Positions 28,654 to 32,133 of a stretch of 32,133 nucleotides of DNA are shown piece by piece (the stretch's first letter is position 1; each line of letters starts with the position of its first letter). The stretch lies in the IMG/VR virus record IMGVR_UViG_3300010261_000005, positions 1 to 32,133 of that record, one strand, 5' to 3'. Both the position numbers and the translations under genes were made by a program. The stretch comes from a virus. Taxonomy: Duplodnaviria; Heunggongvirae; Uroviricota; Caudoviricetes. Below the pieces are notes generated by a model. That model worked only from the letters and a program-made list of their open reading frames with translations. It was not told the origin of the DNA and searched no databases.

Positions 28654-29976
28654 TTAGTTTGTTTTTTTAACTCCACTGTATTCCGCTATCATCCTCTCAA
28701 CCGCTGGAAGCAACTCAGCAGGAACGCAAATAGACCTATCTGCCTTTCCAACATCTTTTGGCGTTTTGTAAGTACCATTATAATTAAGGACGCATTCTTT
28801 AAGAATTTCAAAAAGAGAAACAATAGGGTCCACGCCATAGCTATCAATAAACTTTCGATAGCTATCATTATCAGATAACGATGAAATATCTCCATGAACA
28901 AACTTACACCTAAGCTCATAGATTATTCCTATTTTTGAATCAATATCAATAATTTTCGCCGCATCTCTGCAAACACCGCCAATAATTGAATTTTTATTAC
29001 CATTATTGGTTCCATACATAGCATCCAATGCTATAAATTGATTCAAAAACCTTTCACGTTTGTCATCCCTCCACCCGTGCGCTATAAAGGAAAGAGCAGA
29101 CAACATCCTTTTATCAGGTGATGAAAGTATTTTTGTAAGTATCGCCAAGGCTGAATCCGTTATATTTAAATTATATACAGACGGAATATTCACCCGAAAC
29201 TCACTTTCATGATATTTCCCGACACCAAAAGACTCAACTAGATTATTAACAGCAACTCGATTAATCGCAAAAGGATTATCAACCGCAAGACATAAAGCTC
29301 CAAACAAACTATCAAACATTTTCACCGCTTTATCCTCTGATGAAGCATATGCCACCACCAAGCAGGATTTTGACTGTCGAAAATATTTCCCAATTGGTTT
29401 ATGCCGCATATATTCATCATCATAAAAATCAACAGGAACCTTGATGTCAGTTTTGTCTTTAATATCAGAAAGTAATTCCACCCCTAGCCCCGGGCCATAT
29501 AAAAATAAATTTTCTCTAAGCTCAAGCTTCCCATCAAAGCCAGCACACCCAAGATTATAAATATACGGACAGGATTTTATTCGTGAAAGCATATAATACT
29601 TAAACATCTCACTAAGATTTTTTCTATGAACTTGCGTTATAATATCATCAACACAAATCTTATCAGGATTAAGCGACAGAAAATCAGCATCAATGCGATT
29701 GAAGGCTTCAGAACAAAAACCTAACAATAATCTTTTCGCATTGTGAAGGTCACTTATACCTAATTGGGGGCCATATGCTTTTAATAACCTACTAGCACAT
29801 TTTGCAATCTCCTCATCATCATATGCAAGCCAAAAAACAAAATCTTCTAATGCTTTACCGACTTGGATACAAGGCTGCTCCTTACCATGACTATAAAAAA
29901 AACTTTTGCATAATTTGTTTATCATGCCATTAGAGAACGCAACCTTCATAGATACTTCATCCCTTAACGCACTCAT
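28654..29976 (-). CDS. Cargo protein at the P2 tin/old variable locus: 440-aa protein of unknown function with C-terminal Rx4H (HEPN-like) motif; candidate anti-phage defence protein
   Basis: Long ORF in strongly AT-rich DNA between the A stop (30060) and cos, co-directional with A (tin-like orientation); AAGGA RBS upstream of ATG 29976. Residues 356..361 RCKFVH fit the HEPN Rx4-6H signature (coords about 28894..28911). No resemblance to P2 tin or old recognised. Confidence 0.75.
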   Translation of the reverse strand: MSALRDEVSMKVAFSNGMINKLCKSFFYSHGKEQPCIQVGKALEDFVFWLAYDDEEIAKCASRLLKAYGPQLGISDLHNAKRLLLGFCSEAFNRIDADFLSLNPDKICVDDIITQVHRKNLSEMFKYYMLSRIKSCPYIYNLGCAGFDGKLELRENLFLYGPGLGVELLSDIKDKTDIKVPVDFYDDEYMRHKPIGKYFRQSKSCLVVAYASSEDKAVKMFDSLFGALCLAVDNPFAINRVAVNNLVESFGVGKYHESEFRVNIPSVYNLNITDSALAILTKILSSPDKRMLSALSFIAHGWRDDKRERFLNQFIALDAMYGTNNGNKNSIIGGVCRDAAKIIDIDSKIGIIYELRCKFVHGDISSLSDNDSYRKFIDSYGVDPIVSLFEILKECVLNYNGTYKTPKDVGKADRSICVPAELLPAVERMIAEYSGVKKTN

Positions 29977-30059
29977 CGATAATAATTCCTTATAAGTTAT
30001 TAATGCACGACTACTAAAGCATTGCTTCAGATTTGTTAATGTATCATGATGCCATCAGT

Positions 30060-32133
30060 TTAAGAAAACATCACCCAATCGTCTTTTACAGCATAACTAA
30101 ACCGCTCACCGTCATAAATTACTGTTGCCCCGCGCGCCAACGCCTCAAGCTCCCATCGCTGCGGCCTGATACCGTTCTGAGCAAGGTCAACGCGGATACG
30201 GGTAATTTGCATTCTTTCCGACCGGGTCAGTCTGGCCGATGGTGCAATTTCATGTGGTTTTAACGGGCTTCCGTTTCTTTGCTGACGATTTGGCGTTCTC
30301 AGGCCGTGTTTTAATGCGCCCCTGAGCGCCCTCACAACCTCCGGGTCATTCCATTCGATAACACCGTCATCAACCAGATTAAGCACTGCTGCGGCGTGCT
30401 CAGAAGGTGTGGGAGCCGGTAACGAAGTATCACAACCGGTGACCTTTCCACAGTTATTGACAGGACTCCGAGGCGCGGCGATGCCGCTTTTTAAAGTCAA
30501 AGGCTCAACGACCGGAACTTTCGGCACAATGCGCCAGTCCGTCGTTCTGGTGATATGAATATGACGCGCGCCGAGATGCGGCGCGTAAATGCCGACCACT
30601 CTCTCGACTTCTTCCTCGTACTCGTTGACGTCATCCGACGGGCTACGGGCAACCCTGACAGTCTGACAATCGCGCGGGACATTTGCCCCACCCTGCGCGC
30701 TGATATACAACGCAAAATCACCACTGTCTGCGGCAGCGCGAGCAGCCTCGACGCGTTCGTCAAACTCATCAGCAATACTGACGCCGCGAGGCAATTTGCG
30801 TAGTTCACGGTAAGCCCCCATTGTCGGCAGGCCAACCGTTTTAAATTGCGGGATGCGCCACGTTGACGCCCATGCGGTAACAGCCGCGGCAGTATCTTTA
30901 AGCGGCTTACCGGTATCGTTATCGAGCTGACCATCCAGTGCATAGCCGTCGATATTTTTTGAAATGTATTTCGCGATATATCCCGCAGCACCGCCCCGGT
31001 TAAGGTGCTTTGCCTGAAAACGGTTTCGCGCGGCTCCTCTTTCGTCACCATCCTCTTTGAGCGCATAGCGACGCATGATTTCGATAATCTGGTTACGCTG
31101 GCGTGGATTACAAAAAAGCATCATATGCCAGTGCGGCGTTCCGTCGTGGTGTGGCTCGACGACACGCAAACCGTAGACCTGTAAATCATTATCCTTGAAT
31201 GCCGTGCGCATCAGGCTCCAGATACGGCAGAGATAACGCTGCGCATCCTTTGGATTAAATGCCTCATCATTCCAGCCGTGATTAAGCTGGACGGTTTTAC
31301 TTTCGCCTTTTCCGACCTGACGTGTCGGGTGATACTTTGACGGCGTGGTCAGCGTGATAAACATCCCCACATCCCCCTCTGCGGCGGCGTAACGCTCAAT
31401 ACCGGCAATGGTGTTCATCAGCTCCATCCGGCGAATTTCAGGATTAGAAATACTGCCCATCACCTTACTGATAAGGTCGATGCGCTCGCCGGTTTCCCTG
31501 TTTTCAAGGTCACACGATTTAAGAAATTCCAGATTTGCCTGGCGGCGTGCACGCACATCACGAATGGCATGTTTACTGGCATAAGGAGAACGGTCTTTAT
31601 TCACCTCCCCGACAGCAATCAGTAACGCCTCATGCCAGCGCATACGCTGGCCTTTAAGCTGATGAGTCCACCACTCATCGTTAAACAGACGGGCAATGGC
31701 AGAATATGCCTGCCTCGTGGTCATCTGTCCTTTACGGTATTTTTTCCAGTAGAGCGGGGAAATATTGAAAGCACGTGCAGCGCCAGCAACATGACCATAG
31801 AGGTGAGCCTGCGCCTCATCCGTAAACAGCGATTCTTTCTCGCCATGCGCATCCACCCAGGCATCGCAGAGTTCCTCATACATCATGAAAAGCTGTGATG
31901 AGATACGGGCGGCAAACTTTTTCAGCTCCTTGTCATTCATCCCCGGCAGGCGCGCATACTGGTCGCGCTCTGCCAGAAACAGCAACGACGCGTCGGCGTT
32001 CATTTCATGACGCTGATTCACACGCTCAATGCGCGGCCATAAACGACGCTGAAAAGTGGATGTGAGGAAATAAAACCCGTGCACCGGGCTTTTATTGCGC
32101 CGGATGTAGTCATAGCGTGAAGTAAACAGCGAG
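30060..32133 (-). CDS. A: Replication initiation protein A (rolling-circle endonuclease), 5' end beyond window
   Basis: P2 gpA-like sequence; the frame remains open from 32084 to the window edge (hand-translated ...SLFTSRYDYIRRNKSP-VHGFYFLTS), so the true start lies outside (P2 gpA is 761 aa). The track start at 32084 is a GTG, not the real start. Confidence 0.85.
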   Translation of the reverse strand, partial: SLFTSRYDYIRRNKSPVHGFYFLTSTFQRRLWPRIERVNQRHEMNADASLLFLAERDQYARLPGMNDKELKKFAARISSQLFMMYEELCDAWVDAHGEKESLFTDEAQAHLYGHVAGAARAFNISPLYWKKYRKGQMTTRQAYSAIARLFNDEWWTHQLKGQRMRWHEALLIAVGEVNKDRSPYASKHAIRDVRARRQANLEFLKSCDLENRETGERIDLISKVMGSISNPEIRRMELMNTIAGIERYAAAEGDVGMFITLTTPSKYHPTRQVGKGESKTVQLNHGWNDEAFNPKDAQRYLCRIWSLMRTAFKDNDLQVYGLRVVEPHHDGTPHWHMMLFCNPRQRNQIIEIMRRYALKEDGDERGAARNRFQAKHLNRGGAAGYIAKYISKNIDGYALDGQLDNDTGKPLKDTAAAVTAWASTWRIPQFKTVGLPTMGAYRELRKLPRGVSIADEFDERVEAARAAADSGDFALYISAQGGANVPRDCQTVRVARSPSDDVNEYEEEVERVVGIYAPHLGARHIHITRTTDWRIVPKVPVVEPLTLKSGIAAPRSPVNNCGKVTGCDTSLPAPTPSEHAAAVLNLVDDGVIEWNDPEVVRALRGALKHGLRTPNRQQRNGSPLKPHEIAPSARLTRSERMQITRIRVDLAQNGIRPQRWELEALARGATVIYDGERFSYAVKDDWVMFS

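Larger units (their letters stand above)
5319..32133 (-). mobile_element. P2-like (Peduovirus) prophage, truncated by window end
   Basis: Complete P2 late-gene synteny with matching protein lengths, cos site, att core at cyaR; A gene runs off the window so int/C/cox/B are not visible. Confidence 0.9.

Noticed and set aside
28537-28878. 113-aa plus-strand ORF overlapping the 3' end of the tin/old-locus cargo gene
   Set aside because: Overlaps the far longer, RBS-supported minus-strand gene; begins in the cos-flanking region; judged spurious, though a small antisense partner cannot be fully excluded without expression data.
30060-32084. Treating the 674-aa track ORF as the complete A gene
   Set aside because: Its first codon is GTG and the frame stays open to the window edge; the real start is upstream of 32133, so A is annotated as partial.

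Overview
The window is an Escherichia-type chromosomal segment (yegQ and the sRNA gene cyaR) running into a near-complete P2-like prophage. The prophage is integrated at the 3' end of cyaR (att core 5319..5345) and continues past the window end (gene A is 5'-truncated at 32133). From the att core the order is ogr, D, U, T, E/E', FII, FI, [cargo], G, H, I, J, W, V, S, R, lysC/lysB/lysA, K, Y, X, L, M, N, O on the minus strand, then P and Q on the plus strand, cos, [cargo], A. Protein lengths match P2 almost gene for gene (recalled from memory, not searched). The two exceptions to the conserved backbone are the two classical P2 variable loci, each occupied by a single AT-rich gene I do not recognise: a 259-aa membrane-anchored protein at the Z/fun position (12451..13230, +) and a 440-aa protein with a C-terminal Rx4H motif at the tin/old position (28654..29976, -). 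These are the best candidates for an undescribed phage-borne defence function. Upstream of yegQ lies an AT-rich three-gene minus-strand operon of unknown function (1..3334). No rRNA, tRNA or CRISPR array was seen.
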